A stretch of 63,610 nt of DNA, counting the filler, from Nitrospinota bacterium (GTDB lineage: Bacteria > JAUXIQ01), in NCBI GenBank assembly GCA_030620925.1. It is 14 parts of 14 records of this genome, joined end to end, with 100 filler letters (N's around TTAATTAATTAA, not from the genome) between each part and the next. Parts side by side here need not be neighbours in the genome. Positions count along the whole stretch, not along the records: positions 18,622 to 21,524 come from JAUXIQ010000389.1; positions 21,625 to 26,460 come from JAUXIQ010000198.1; positions 26,561 to 29,153 come from JAUXIQ010000433.1; 11 more parts are not named here. One strand, given 5' to 3'. Made by a program: the position numbers and the translations under genes. This document shows, piece after piece, positions 19,397 to 29,253 of this stretch. Numbering within the stretch: position 1 is the first letter of the stretch; the number at the start of each line of letters is the position of its first letter. Under the pieces are notes generated by a model. That model was not told the DNA's origin and did no database searches. It was given only the letters and a program-made list of their open reading frames with translations.

Positions 19397-21075
19397 ATGA
19401 AAGAAAGTAGTGATAAAAAAAAGCAGCAGGACGATTTGCAGCAGTGGGAGAAGGAAACCTTCGATCCCTCGCTGGACAAATCGCCCCAGCGAGAGGCGGA
19501 GTTCACCACCTTGTCCGACATTCCGGTAAAAGCTCTATACTCGCCCGCAGATTTGGAAGATGATGGATATGACGAAGAGCTGGGCTACCCCGGTGAATAC
19601 CCCTACACCAGGGGTGTGCAACCCTCCATGTATCGAGGGCGGTTGTGGACCATGCGGCAGTTCTCCGGCTTCGGAAGCGCCGAGGACACCAACAAACGCT
19701 ACCACTACCTCCTTGAAAACGGACAGACGGGCCTGAGCGTGGCCTTCCACATGCCCACCCTCATGGGTTACGACTCGGACCACGAGCGTTCCCTGGGTGA
19801 AGTGGGCGTGTGCGGCGTGGCTATTGACACGCTGGCTGATATGGAGACCTGTTTGAAGGCATCCCACTAGACAAGGTGAGCACTTCCATGACCATAAACG
19901 GCCCAGCCGCCATACTCCTGGCCATGTATGTAGCGGTTGCGGAGAAACAGGGGGTCGGCTCGCACCAGGTGCGGGGAACCATTCAGAACGACATCCTGAA
20001 GGAGTATATCGCTCAGAAATCCTGGATATTTCCGCCCCTCCCCTCCATGCGCATCATCACCGATATATTCGCCTTCTGCTCGGAACACGTGCCCAACTGG
20101 AACACTATCAGCATCAGCGGTTATCATATAAGAGAGGCCGGTTCAACAGCCGTACAGGAGCTGGCCTTTACCCTTGCCGACGGTCTCGCATACGTGGAAG
20201 CGGGAACAGAGGCGGGATTGGACGTGGACGAGTTCGCACCCCGGCTATCTTTTTTCTTCAACGCACATAACGACTTATTCGAGGAGATAGCCAAGTATCG
20301 CGCGGCGCGGCGTATCTGGGCCAAAGAAATGAAAAACCGGTTCCAGCCCAAAGACCCAAGGTCGCTCCTGTGCCGGTTCCATACCCAGACGGCGGGGTGT
20401 TCCCTTACCGCCCAGCAGCCGGAGAACAACGTCGTCCGGGTGACGCTACAGGCCCTGGCCGCGGTGATGGGCGGCACGCAGTCGCTGCACACCAACTCCA
20501 GGGACGAAGTGCTGTCGCTCCCCACTGAGGAAGCGGTGACCATCGCCCTGCGGACCCAGCAGATAATCGCCCACGAAAGCGGGGTGGCGAACACCATCGA
20601 CCCCTTGGGCGGCTCCTACTACATGGAGGCGCTTACCGACGAGATGGAGCGCCGGGCGATGGAGTATATAAACAAGATCGATGAATTGGGAGGGATGATA
20701 GCGGCCATAGAGACCGGTTACCCGCAGCGTGAGATAATAGACGCTTCTTTTGAGTATCAGCGGGCCATAGAGAAAAAGAAGAGGATAGTGGTGGGCGTTA
20801 ACGAATTCGTCACCGATGCCCCTCCTGCCATAGAGATGCTGAAGATAGACCCGGAAGTAGAGCGCAGGCAGATCGAGAAACTGGGTAAAGTGCGCTCTGA
20901 GCGGGACCAAGCCAGGGTGGACGAATGCCTGGCCGGGCTTCGCAAAGCCGCCCAGGGGGGTGACAACCTTATGCCACATATCCTGGACGGCGTTAAGGCA
21001 TACACCTCTATCGGCGAGATAATAGGCACGTTGAAGGAAGTCTTCGGCGAGTATCAAGACCCGGGCATCTTCTGA
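19397..21075 (+). CDS. B12-dependent acyl-CoA mutase large subunit (MCM family, isobutyryl-CoA-mutase-like), frameshifted at about 19849
   Basis: [59 protein letters not shown]; the two ORFs join if one C is restored. Confidence 0.93.
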
Positions 21076-21154
21076 GAGCAGCTATCGATTCCAGCATATC
21101 TTAATTATGCTAAACACTTGAAGGCAGGGACGGCTTAGCTTGCCGCAGGATGGT

Positions 21155-21219
21155 CGCCCTGGGCAGGCACGATCCCGCCTTCCGCGGGACTGCCCCTACG
21201 GTCGCGCCTGGAAAGCGCT
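21155..21219. repeat. Second copy of the ~65-bp REP-like unit at 19201-19266
   Basis: Shares CGCCCTGGGCAGG, CGATCCCGCCTTCCG, GGGA, CTG, CCTAC, TCGCGCCTG and AAAGCGCT in order. Confidence 0.8.
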
Positions 21220-21408
21220 TCTATGAACACTCTCGCTTATTTGCCAAAATATCTATATGCGGCCTTAATTTAATCCCCCAAACTAAAGATTCCTGCTATA
21301 TGTTAAAGTAGCAAGAATCAAAATACCTCACAGTGTTCACTTTTTGAGGGATCACGAGAGACTTTGGGCCGACAGCCCGGCAACCACGACCAGAGGTAGG
21401 AAGAACAA

Positions 21409-21524
21409 ATGATTAAATTCAGCGTGCTTTATCCGAATGAGGAAGGAAAGAAATTCGACATGGAGTACTACTGTAGTAAGCACATACCCATGGTCCAGCA
21501 GAAGTTAGGAGATGCGTGCAAGAG
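21409..21524 (+). CDS. EthD family protein (3' truncated)
   Basis: MIKFSVLYPNEEGKKFDMEYYCSKHIPMV; not in the ORF track. Confidence 0.85.
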
Positions 21525-21826
21525 NNNNNNNNNNNNNNNNNNNNNNNNNNNNNNNNNNNNNNNNNNNNTTAATTAATTAANNNNNNNNNNNNNNNNNNNN
21601 NNNNNNNNNNNNNNNNNNNNNNNNCATATATTCAAGCATCATAGTGCAAATATTTGAAAAGAGTGGATAATTGCCGTTATTCATAAAATAAGGGCACAAA
21701 TTCGACTGTTTGCTTTTGTAGTTAGTTAATTATATCCTCTCAGATGGGTGGAAAAGAGCAATCTTTTATAATTAAAAAACTGAACCGCTTAGCATTATCG
21801 AAATGGAGGGGGGTGTAGTTCCGTAA

Positions 21827-22027
21827 ATGCCAGGTATCAGAGTAAAGGAAGATGAACCCTTCGAATATGCTCTAAAACGTTTTAAGAAACAGTGTGAAAA
21901 AGCTGGAGTTCTTTCGGAAATAAGGAAAAGAGAGTATTACGAAAAGCCCAGTGATAGAAAAAAGAGAAAGTTGCTGGCCGCCAAGAAAAAAGCATTTAAG
22001 ATTCAAAGCGGCAAATTCTATCGTTAA
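21827..22027 (+). CDS. rpsU: 30S ribosomal protein S21
   Basis: [28 protein letters not shown]. Confidence 0.98.
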   Translation: MPGIRVKEDEPFEYALKRFKKQCEKAGVLSEIRKREYYEKPSDRKKRKLLAAKKKAFKIQSGKFYR

Positions 22028-22077
22028 GATACTACCGAAGGGTAACAAAATACCTTCCTTGTAAAAGGAAGAAATAT

Positions 22078-22117
22078 AAAAGCCGGGGGGCTTAAAAGGG
22101 AGAGTCCCCCTGCTTTT
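22078..22117 (+). terminator. Probable terminator after rpsU
   Basis: AAAAGCCGGGGGGCT...AGTCCCCCTGCTTTT imperfect hairpin with a T tail. Confidence 0.55.
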
Positions 22118-22385
22118 ATTCATATCGGCTTATCTATTCAACCACATATCCAATGAAAAGGCCGCGGCAAACAAATATCTGGGCATACTTTTTAACGTTG
22201 GAAACAGGGACGCATATAACGATTCTTTATCTCTGATAATCTCTGTGGAAACCCGTAAGTTGTCTAACGTACCTGTGAGTGGTTACTACTTTTCGAATTC
22301 AACTTTTTTGATCTGTCATACCAAATACTACTTTCTCCTGAGAAAATAATAAGGGATTCCCCTGATACCTATTTATGGGGTTTAA

Positions 22386-24773
22386 ATGGATTACCATACA
22401 CTGAAAACACTCGAATTTCAGAAAATTACAGACCTTATCAAAAGCCATGCCGCTTCCGAACTGGGAGCCTCCGTTACCGACTCTCTCCTCATCCCCCAAT
22501 CTTCCTCCACTGAGATTCAGACCGCCTTACGGGAAACCACTGAATTTACCGACCTTATAAAAATAAATGGCGGCCTTCCAATGGGGGGACTCAGAGACGT
22601 ACGACAGCAACTGGATGACGCCTTTTCCCAGGGCGTGGTTCTGGAACCGGGGCAATTTCTGGATATTGCACTACTATTGAAAACCGTACAGGAGGTGGAA
22701 AACTATATCGGGGACGACCGGGCCCTCTACCCCCTTCTCTTTTCCCGGGTGGATCGGTTGGATAGGCTGGAAACGTTGAGTAAAAATATCGGCCGCTGCA
22801 TCGGAGAGGACGCCTCCGTTAAAGACAACGCCAGCCCGCAACTAGCCCGAATCCGCAGGGCCATAAAGAGCCAAAGGTCCCATATAAAGAAGGTGCTCGA
22901 AAAGATCCTGGCCCGACGGGAAGAAATAGTGCAGGAAAACCTGATAACCCTCCGTAACGGAAGATACGTAATCCCCCTGCGCACTGACTTCGGAAAAGCA
23001 ATGAAAGGCATTATCCACGATAAATCTCAGAGCGGGCTGACTTTCTTCGTGGAACCCGGAGAGACCGTAGAAATTAACAACGAACTGGCCAAACTGATTA
23101 AAGACGAAGAGGCGGAAGTATACCAGATACTGCGGCAGTTGACCGAGGAGGTCAAATCGGAGGCGGAAGCCATAGAAAACAACTGCCGGCAACTGGCCGA
23201 GCTGGATTTCGTTTACGCCAAGGCCCGGTTCAGCCTCGAGTATAATTGTCGCGAACCACTCATCAATACCGACAATTTCACCCATCTGCTCCAGGCCAGG
23301 CATCCTTTGCTGTTATTAAAGAAGAGCGAAAAGGTTGAGGGAGCCACGGAAGCCGGGGAAGAAGTTGTTCCCCTTACCATCACCATAGGGCAAGATTATG
23401 AAACCCTCCTTATATCGGGGCCCAACACGGGAGGGAAAACGGTGGCCCTCAAAACCGCGGGCCTGCTCAACCTGATGGCTCAAGCCGGCTGCCACATACC
23501 GGTAGCCGAGGGGAGCAGCGTGGGTATATTCAAGTCCATTTTCGCGGACATCGGCGACGAACAGAGCATCGAGCAGAACCTTAGCACGTTCTCCTCCCAC
23601 ATGAAAAACATCATCGACATCGCCAACTGGGCCGATGAATCGTCGCTGGTCCTCCTGGACGAGCTGGGCTCAGGCACCGACCCCCTGGAAGGCGCTGCTC
23701 TGGGAGTGGCGCTGCTGGAACATCTGACCGCCAGGAAAGTCAAAACCATCGCCACTACGCATCACGACCTGCTTAAAACCCACGTCTACTCCAGCGAAAG
23801 CATGGAAAACGCTTCCTTCGAATTCGACCCTGAGACCCTGAGGCCCACTTACCGATTTCAGCTGGGAGTGCCCGGCGGCAGCAACGCCCTGGAGATAGCC
23901 GGGCGGCTGGGTCTGCCCGAACCACTGCTGCAAAGGAGCAGGATGGAGCTGGGAGACTCAAGACTCAAAATACACCATCTGATCTCCGAGCTGAAGGCCG
24001 ACATCAAAAGGTTCGAGGAAGAAAGAGAGGGCGTGGCAAAGGAGAAAAAGAGGCTCCAGGGTATTAAAGATCGATATTTAAAAATCATTCACACCGAAAA
24101 GGAAGAAAACGAAAAGAGCAGAATGGAGCTTCAGCGCCAGGTAAAAGAATTCATGGCTCGTTCCCGAAGCGAAATCAGGGCCGCTTTGGAAGAGATCGAA
24201 GCGAGGGCTGATGAAAAAGCCACAGACGCTCCTGCACAGAGGGCGCTGGCCCGCATCACTGCTCAGTCTGAAGAGATAGGGCTGGAGAAAAAGCCTTCCG
24301 TAAGAGAAAAAGAAGAACTGCACGAAGGCGACCAAGTCTTCATCCAGACCCTCGGCCTGCGGGGAACTTTGCTTGATGAGCCCTCCGCCTCGGAGCGCGT
24401 TTACGTTCAATACGAGGATAAGACACTGCGTGTTCCCCTGGCGGATTTGCAAAAGGATGAAAGCTCCCCGATGGACACAATCGAAAACCTCTCTAATAAC
24501 ATTAAATACGAACTCCAAACCACCGATAAACACCCCGCCGACAGCCTGAATATAATCGGCAAAACCATAGAAGAGGCCCTCCCCATAGTGGACAAAGCAC
24601 TGGATAACGCATTTTTACAGGGAGTCTCTTCGCTCACCATCATTCACGGCATGGGTACCGGCAGGCTCAGGGAAGCCGTAGAGGAGCTGCTCAGCGAGCA
24701 TCCCCTGGTCAAGAGTTTTGAGTCCGCCTCCCGTCACCAAGGCGGCCGCGGGGCCACAATGGTAGAATTATAA
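22386..24773 (+). CDS. mutS2: Endonuclease MutS2
   Basis: LEF.KI, ARHPLL, GPNTGGKT, DIGDEQSIEQNLSTFSSH, DELGSGTDP, C-terminal Smr IIHG.GTG.LR. Confidence 0.97.
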   Translation: MDYHTLKTLEFQKITDLIKSHAASELGASVTDSLLIPQSSSTEIQTALRETTEFTDLIKINGGLPMGGLRDVRQQLDDAFSQGVVLEPGQFLDIALLLKTVQEVENYIGDDRALYPLLFSRVDRLDRLETLSKNIGRCIGEDASVKDNASPQLARIRRAIKSQRSHIKKVLEKILARREEIVQENLITLRNGRYVIPLRTDFGKAMKGIIHDKSQSGLTFFVEPGETVEINNELAKLIKDEEAEVYQILRQLTEEVKSEAEAIENNCRQLAELDFVYAKARFSLEYNCREPLINTDNFTHLLQARHPLLLLKKSEKVEGATEAGEEVVPLTITIGQDYETLLISGPNTGGKTVALKTAGLLNLMAQAGCHIPVAEGSSVGIFKSIFADIGDEQSIEQNLSTFSSHMKNIIDIANWADESSLVLLDELGSGTDPLEGAALGVALLEHLTARKVKTIATTHHDLLKTHVYSSESMENASFEFDPETLRPTYRFQLGVPGGSNALEIAGRLGLPEPLLQRSRMELGDSRLKIHHLISELKADIKRFEEEREGVAKEKKRLQGIKDRYLKIIHTEKEENEKSRMELQRQVKEFMARSRSEIRAALEEIEARADEKATDAPAQRALARITAQSEEIGLEKKPSVREKEELHEGDQVFIQTLGLRGTLLDEPSASERVYVQYEDKTLRVPLADLQKDESSPMDTIENLSNNIKYELQTTDKHPADSLNIIGKTIEEALPIVDKALDNAFLQGVSSLTIIHGMGTGRLREAVEELLSEHPLVKSFESASRHQGGRGATMVEL

Positions 24774-26460
24774 ATGAGCGGTTACATCGACGAGCGAACA
24801 ATCGAGCGGGTCAGAGAGCAGGCGGACATAGTCCAGACCGTATCCGATTACGTCCTCCTGAAAAAAGCGGGCACAAGCTACAAAGGGCTGTGCCCCTTTC
24901 ACAGCGAAAAAACGCCTTCGTTCATGGTAAACCCTGAAAAGCAAATTTACCACTGCTTCGGCTGCGGGGAAGGCGGCAACGTGTTCAGCTTCGTAATGAA
25001 ATGGGAGAACCTCTCCTTCCCTGAAGCGGTAAAACACCTGGCGGAAAGGAACGGGATCAACGTTTCCTTCATCAAAGAATCACCGGCTCAACGGGAAAAC
25101 GCCAAGGCCACAGAAAAGCTTTATTACATTAACCTGGCCGCCGCAAAATATTACCACCGCATGCTCACCGAACTTCCCCAGGGAGAACCCGCCCGCGAAT
25201 ATCTGAAAGGCAGAGGCATCTCGGAAAAGACCATAAGCAAGTTCCTCATCGGCTACGCCCCCTTCGCCTGGGACCAACTGATGAAGCACCTGCAATCACA
25301 GGGATTCCCCCTGGAAATGGCTGCTCGCACCGGCCTCATAAAAGAGCGGAAATCCGGAACCGGTTACTACGACATCTTCAGGAGCAGAATCGTCTTCCCG
25401 ATTCAGAACGTGAGAGGGAAAATAGTCGCCTTCGGGGGCAGACTGATCAACGATGAAGCCGATGACGCCGCAGAAAGCCCCAAGTATTTGAATTCGCCGG
25501 AAAGCCCCATATATGAAAAAGGAGCCAACCTTTACGGCCTCAACCTGGCATTCGAACAGATACGCAAACAGAAGAACGCCGTCCTGGTGGAAGGGTACAT
25601 GGACCTCATAACCGCACATCAGGCGGACGTGCGGAACGTGGTGGCATCGCTGGGCACAGCCCTCACCAGGCGCCAGGTCAAACTGTTAAAACGGTTCGCA
25701 CCTGAGGTAACCATGGTGTTCGACGCCGATGCCGCCGGCAGGGCCGCCGCCGAGAGAGGGCATGGTATTTTCCTTGAAGAAGGGTTGAAAGTCAGAGCCG
25801 CCTCTCTTCCCGCGGACAGCGATCCGGACGCATTCATTAAACAACAGGGAGCGGAGGCATTTACTGAGGAGATAAACAAGTCCACACCTCTCATGGAGTT
25901 TATAATATACAATGCCGTGGCGGAACACGACCTGTCGACCATCCAGGGCAAGGTCGACTGCGTGAGCAGCGCCCTCCCCTTCCTGGCCCGGATCGAGAAC
26001 AGCGTGGAGCGCGGCGAATATATAAAACTGCTCTCCGAGAAAGCTTCCGTGCCGGAAAAAGATATTCAGGCGGATCTCGGCCGATCCAGCACCAGAGCGA
26101 GAGGCCGGGCACACAGCCCGCAGAGGGACACCCTGAAGGCCGAAACTGAAAAAGACAGGTATTCTGCGGCCGAAGGACAACTACTTCATCTTATCTTGCA
26201 CCAAAAAGAAATTCTGGACAACCATTCGGAAAGGCTTAAACCCGCATTGTTTAAACGCGAGGAATACAATCAAATCATAAAGGCGTTGCTGAAACTCGAC
26301 GACCGGAAACAGAACGAAAGTCTGGCCGGGCTTATCGATATGCTGGAAGGCGATAGGGCCAGGCACCTGGCATCGCAAATGATGATGCAGCAGGTGGATC
26401 TGGATGATTGGCAGCGAACCACAGAAGAATGTCTCAAGCTGCTTGAAGAAAGAGCGGCCG
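24774..26460 (+). CDS. dnaG: DNA primase (3' truncated)
   Basis: CPFH.EKTPSF, CFGC, FGGR, KYLNSPE, VEGYMD, FDADAAG, DPD. Confidence 0.97.
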
Positions 26461-26624
26461 NNNNNNNNNNNNNNNNNNNNNNNNNNNNNNNNNNNNNNNN
26501 NNNNTTAATTAATTAANNNNNNNNNNNNNNNNNNNNNNNNNNNNNNNNNNNNNNNNNNNNGGCGCGCCGAATGTTTCGGGGGACTAGTGCGCCCCGTCCC
26601 CTAAAAATTGGTTCGGCATTTATG

Positions 26625-27134
26625 TCAGGCTTTCCAGCAGCCGGGCTGGTGAGTAGCGGGCACCATTCCCACGCTTCTGAAAAAGTTGAGGGCTATGGTA
26701 GGCCCCATGAAGCTGAAGCGTTTCCTGAATTCTTTTATAAGCTCCTCTGCTTCCTGGTCCAGGGCGGCCAGGTAGTTCGCGAACGAGCCCTGCTCCTTTC
26801 TTATTTCCAGAATGACTTTTGCGTTTTTGACGGCCGCTTCTATTTTCTTGCGGTTTCTTATGATGCCCTTGTCGTTGAGAAGCCGCTCTACGTCTTTATC
26901 ATTGTAGCGGGCCACGCGGGAGAGGGAGAAGTTATGGAAGGCCTTGCGGAATGCCGGCCGCTTTTGCAGTATCATGCGCCAGTTGAGGCCCGCCTGAAAC
27001 ATCTCCAGCACCAGCCGCTCGAACAGTGCGTCGTCCTCGCTTATCGGCTCGCCCCACTCCTCATCGTGGTACTCGGCCAGGAGGGGATCCCCCTCCGCCC
27101 ACGAGCACCTTTTTTTGGCTTCTGCGTTCATCAC
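26625..27134 (-). CDS. tag: DNA-3-methyladenine glycosylase I
   Basis: RCSW, YHDEEWG, LFE.L.LE.FQAGL.W, IIRNR.KI, C-terminal H...C zinc ligands. Confidence 0.92.
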   Translation of the reverse strand: MMNAEAKKRCSWAEGDPLLAEYHDEEWGEPISEDDALFERLVLEMFQAGLNWRMILQKRPAFRKAFHNFSLSRVARYNDKDVERLLNDKGIIRNRKKIEAAVKNAKVILEIRKEQGSFANYLAALDQEAEELIKEFRKRFSFMGPTIALNFFRSVGMVPATHQPGCWKA

Positions 27135-27165
27135 TGGTAACCTTTTTCGAGCAAGTTAAATCTAT

Positions 27166-28068
27166 TTATGGTTTAAGTTCTGCTGTGTATTCTCCGATCC
27201 GTTTTTCCGCCAATTTTACGTATCCTTCGTCTATATCATACCCAACGTATCGCCGCCCCGTTTTAACCGACGCTATCGCCGCCTGTCCGCTCCCCATGAA
27301 GGGGTCCAGGACGACTTCTCCCTCAAAAGTATATAGCTGGATCAGCCTGTATGGCAATTCGACGGGGAAAGGGGCCGGATGCCCTATTTTGCGGGCGGGT
27401 TCCGCAGGAAAAGTCCAGACGCTTTTGGTGAATTCGAGAAACTCTTCCTTGGAAATGGTGGCGTTTCTCTTGTGGACGTTCTTCCTGCCGAAAGTACCTT
27501 TGGAGAAAACCAGGATATATTCATGAACGTCCCGCAAGGTCGGATTGGCGGGGGAAAGCCAGCTTCCCCAGGCGGTGGAGGGGCTGGAGCTGGAAGCCTT
27601 GTTCCATAAAATTTCTCCACGCATTAAAAAACCCAGCTCGAGCATGTCTTCGACAATGAAAGCGTGGAGAGGGATATAGGGCTTCCTGCCCAGGTTGGCG
27701 ATATTGATGCTGGCCCTGCCGCCGGGGACCAGCACCCTGTGGACCTCCGCCCAGACCCTCTTCAGAAATTCCAGGTATTCTTCCAGCGTAAAATCTCTGT
27801 CGTATTCTTTCCCGACGTTATAGGGCGGCGAGGTAACCATCAGGTGAACGCTGTTATCGGGGAGTTCCTCCATCTTTTCAGAGGATTTACAGAGAACAAC
27901 ATCTGAGACCTCTGAGGGGATACTGTTTTCTATATATTCGACTTCCTCTTCTTTAGGCAAGCCTTCGTACAGTTTGCCGGCGTAAAAGGATGTCGAGTCG
28001 TGGTTTATCCTGCCTGGAGAACCGAAGGAACTCGTCTGGGTCCCTCTTTTTCTACGATTGTTATTCAT
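27166..28068 (-). CDS. Beta-class DNA amino-methyltransferase (probably m4C)
   Basis: Catalytic TSPPY precedes HPAPFP and the SAM-binding DPFMGSG. Confidence 0.93.
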   Translation of the reverse strand: MNNNRRKRGTQTSSFGSPGRINHDSTSFYAGKLYEGLPKEEEVEYIENSIPSEVSDVVLCKSSEKMEELPDNSVHLMVTSPPYNVGKEYDRDFTLEEYLEFLKRVWAEVHRVLVPGGRASINIANLGRKPYIPLHAFIVEDMLELGFLMRGEILWNKASSSSPSTAWGSWLSPANPTLRDVHEYILVFSKGTFGRKNVHKRNATISKEEFLEFTKSVWTFPAEPARKIGHPAPFPVELPYRLIQLYTFEGEVVLDPFMGSGQAAIASVKTGRRYVGYDIDEGYVKLAEKRIGEYTAELKP

Positions 28069-28104
28069 TTTCCATTCTGTGGTGGTGCGAGATTCCTTGA
28101 GCTT

Positions 28105-28440
28105 CTACCCTACGATCACCTTTTCTTCGGCGACGAAGAAGACCATGGAGCTCCTGTCTATGAACTTCTCCTCGTCGGCTATGATGGTTTTGCCACCTTC
28201 GCCTTCAAAAAACTCGGCCGCTTTGCGCCAGGCATCCATATCCTCGAACCAGATTTCCACCACGCCGTCGATCTTGGGTTCGCCTCCCCCGGGCAGTTTC
28301 CGGGCATGGTTCTGCACGTATCTTATCACGCCTGGGAGTATTTTTTTAATCAGCGGCCCGTGGTTCTCTTCCCAGTAGCGAGAGAACTCTTCCTGTGACA
28401 TACCCTCTTTTCTCCTGATCGTGCTGATGACTTTTACCAT
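28105..28440 (-). CDS. EthD domain-containing protein
   Basis: RRKEGMS.EEF..YW...H.PL, RYVQNH, DGV.E.WF, DE..FID; SD AGGAG before MVKVIS. Confidence 0.88.
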   Translation of the reverse strand: MVKVISTIRRKEGMSQEEFSRYWEENHGPLIKKILPGVIRYVQNHARKLPGGGEPKIDGVVEIWFEDMDAWRKAAEFFEGEGGKTIIADEEKFIDRSSMVFFVAEEKVIVG

Positions 28441-28806
28441 TTCTGCATTCTCCTCGCGGTTTAAATTTGGCCAAGAAAGCCTGTTAAGAGAAATCCTTTT
28501 CCAAGCGGCTTGTACCCTTCTCGACTGGGGAGTGGTTCCCTGAAAATGGGTCGTCCGACCCTTTTCAGACTGTCTCATCAGAAAAAACGCCCTGATTATA
28601 GGTTAAAGGTGTAGAAAAGGTTTTTCGCAGCCGATGATAAAGTTGTATAATAGTAGGTAAATATTCGGTTATTCTAATAAATAGCGCTGAAAAAATGAAT
28701 AGAAAACCTCTCAAGGCGGTCTTTTATTCATGAAAAGTATATCTGCGTATGGTTTTGTCAGCGCCTGTTAGTTTTCCTGGCAACTCATTCTAACCCGGCT
28801 AATGCT

Positions 28807-29153
28807 ATGAGCCATAAGAGTGCGAAAATAAGATTAATTGTATCCATACCCCTGGCCGTGGTGACCGTGCTGGTGGTGTTGGTGATGCTGTATTTGCCGC
28901 GCATCAAGAGCTACATGGATGAGAAGACACTGGCCGTTGTCCTCGTGCAGGCCGATGAACGCCTGAACGGAGAGTTTACGGTAGGCAATGCTCGCTGGCA
29001 TTTTTTCCCCTTCAGATTGGACCTGGATGACGTCCGCCTTACCCCTCCCCCGGCATCAGGTATAGGCAGCGTAGACCTTCCGCGCGTTTCGGTGAGACTA
29101 CGGCCGATTAAGCTTCTGCGCGGCAAGCCGGTGGTCTCTCGAATTTCCATTTA
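28807..29153 (+). CDS. AsmA-like protein, N-terminus (3' truncated)
   Basis: Single N-terminal TM helix then beta-rich L.L.DV.L ... LL.GK.VVS.I.I pattern. Confidence 0.6.
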
Positions 29154-29253
29154 NNNNNNNNNNNNNNNNNNNNNNNNNNNNNNNNNNNNNNNNNNNNTTA
29201 ATTAATTAANNNNNNNNNNNNNNNNNNNNNNNNNNNNNNNNNNNNNNNNNNNN

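Noticed and set aside
21345-21400. SAM-I riboswitch-like words (GAGGGA...GCCCGGCAACC)
   Set aside because: The P1 AUC, the GGUGC partner strand and P4 are missing, and the downstream gene is not sulfur-related.
28515-28620. Hammerhead-like (CTGATGA...GTCGAGA, minus strand) or TPP-like (GGGGAG..CTGAAA..ACCCTT, plus strand) RNA
   Set aside because: The hammerhead needs GAAA and stems I/III; TPP needs CTGAGA and a P5 helix. Neither is met.
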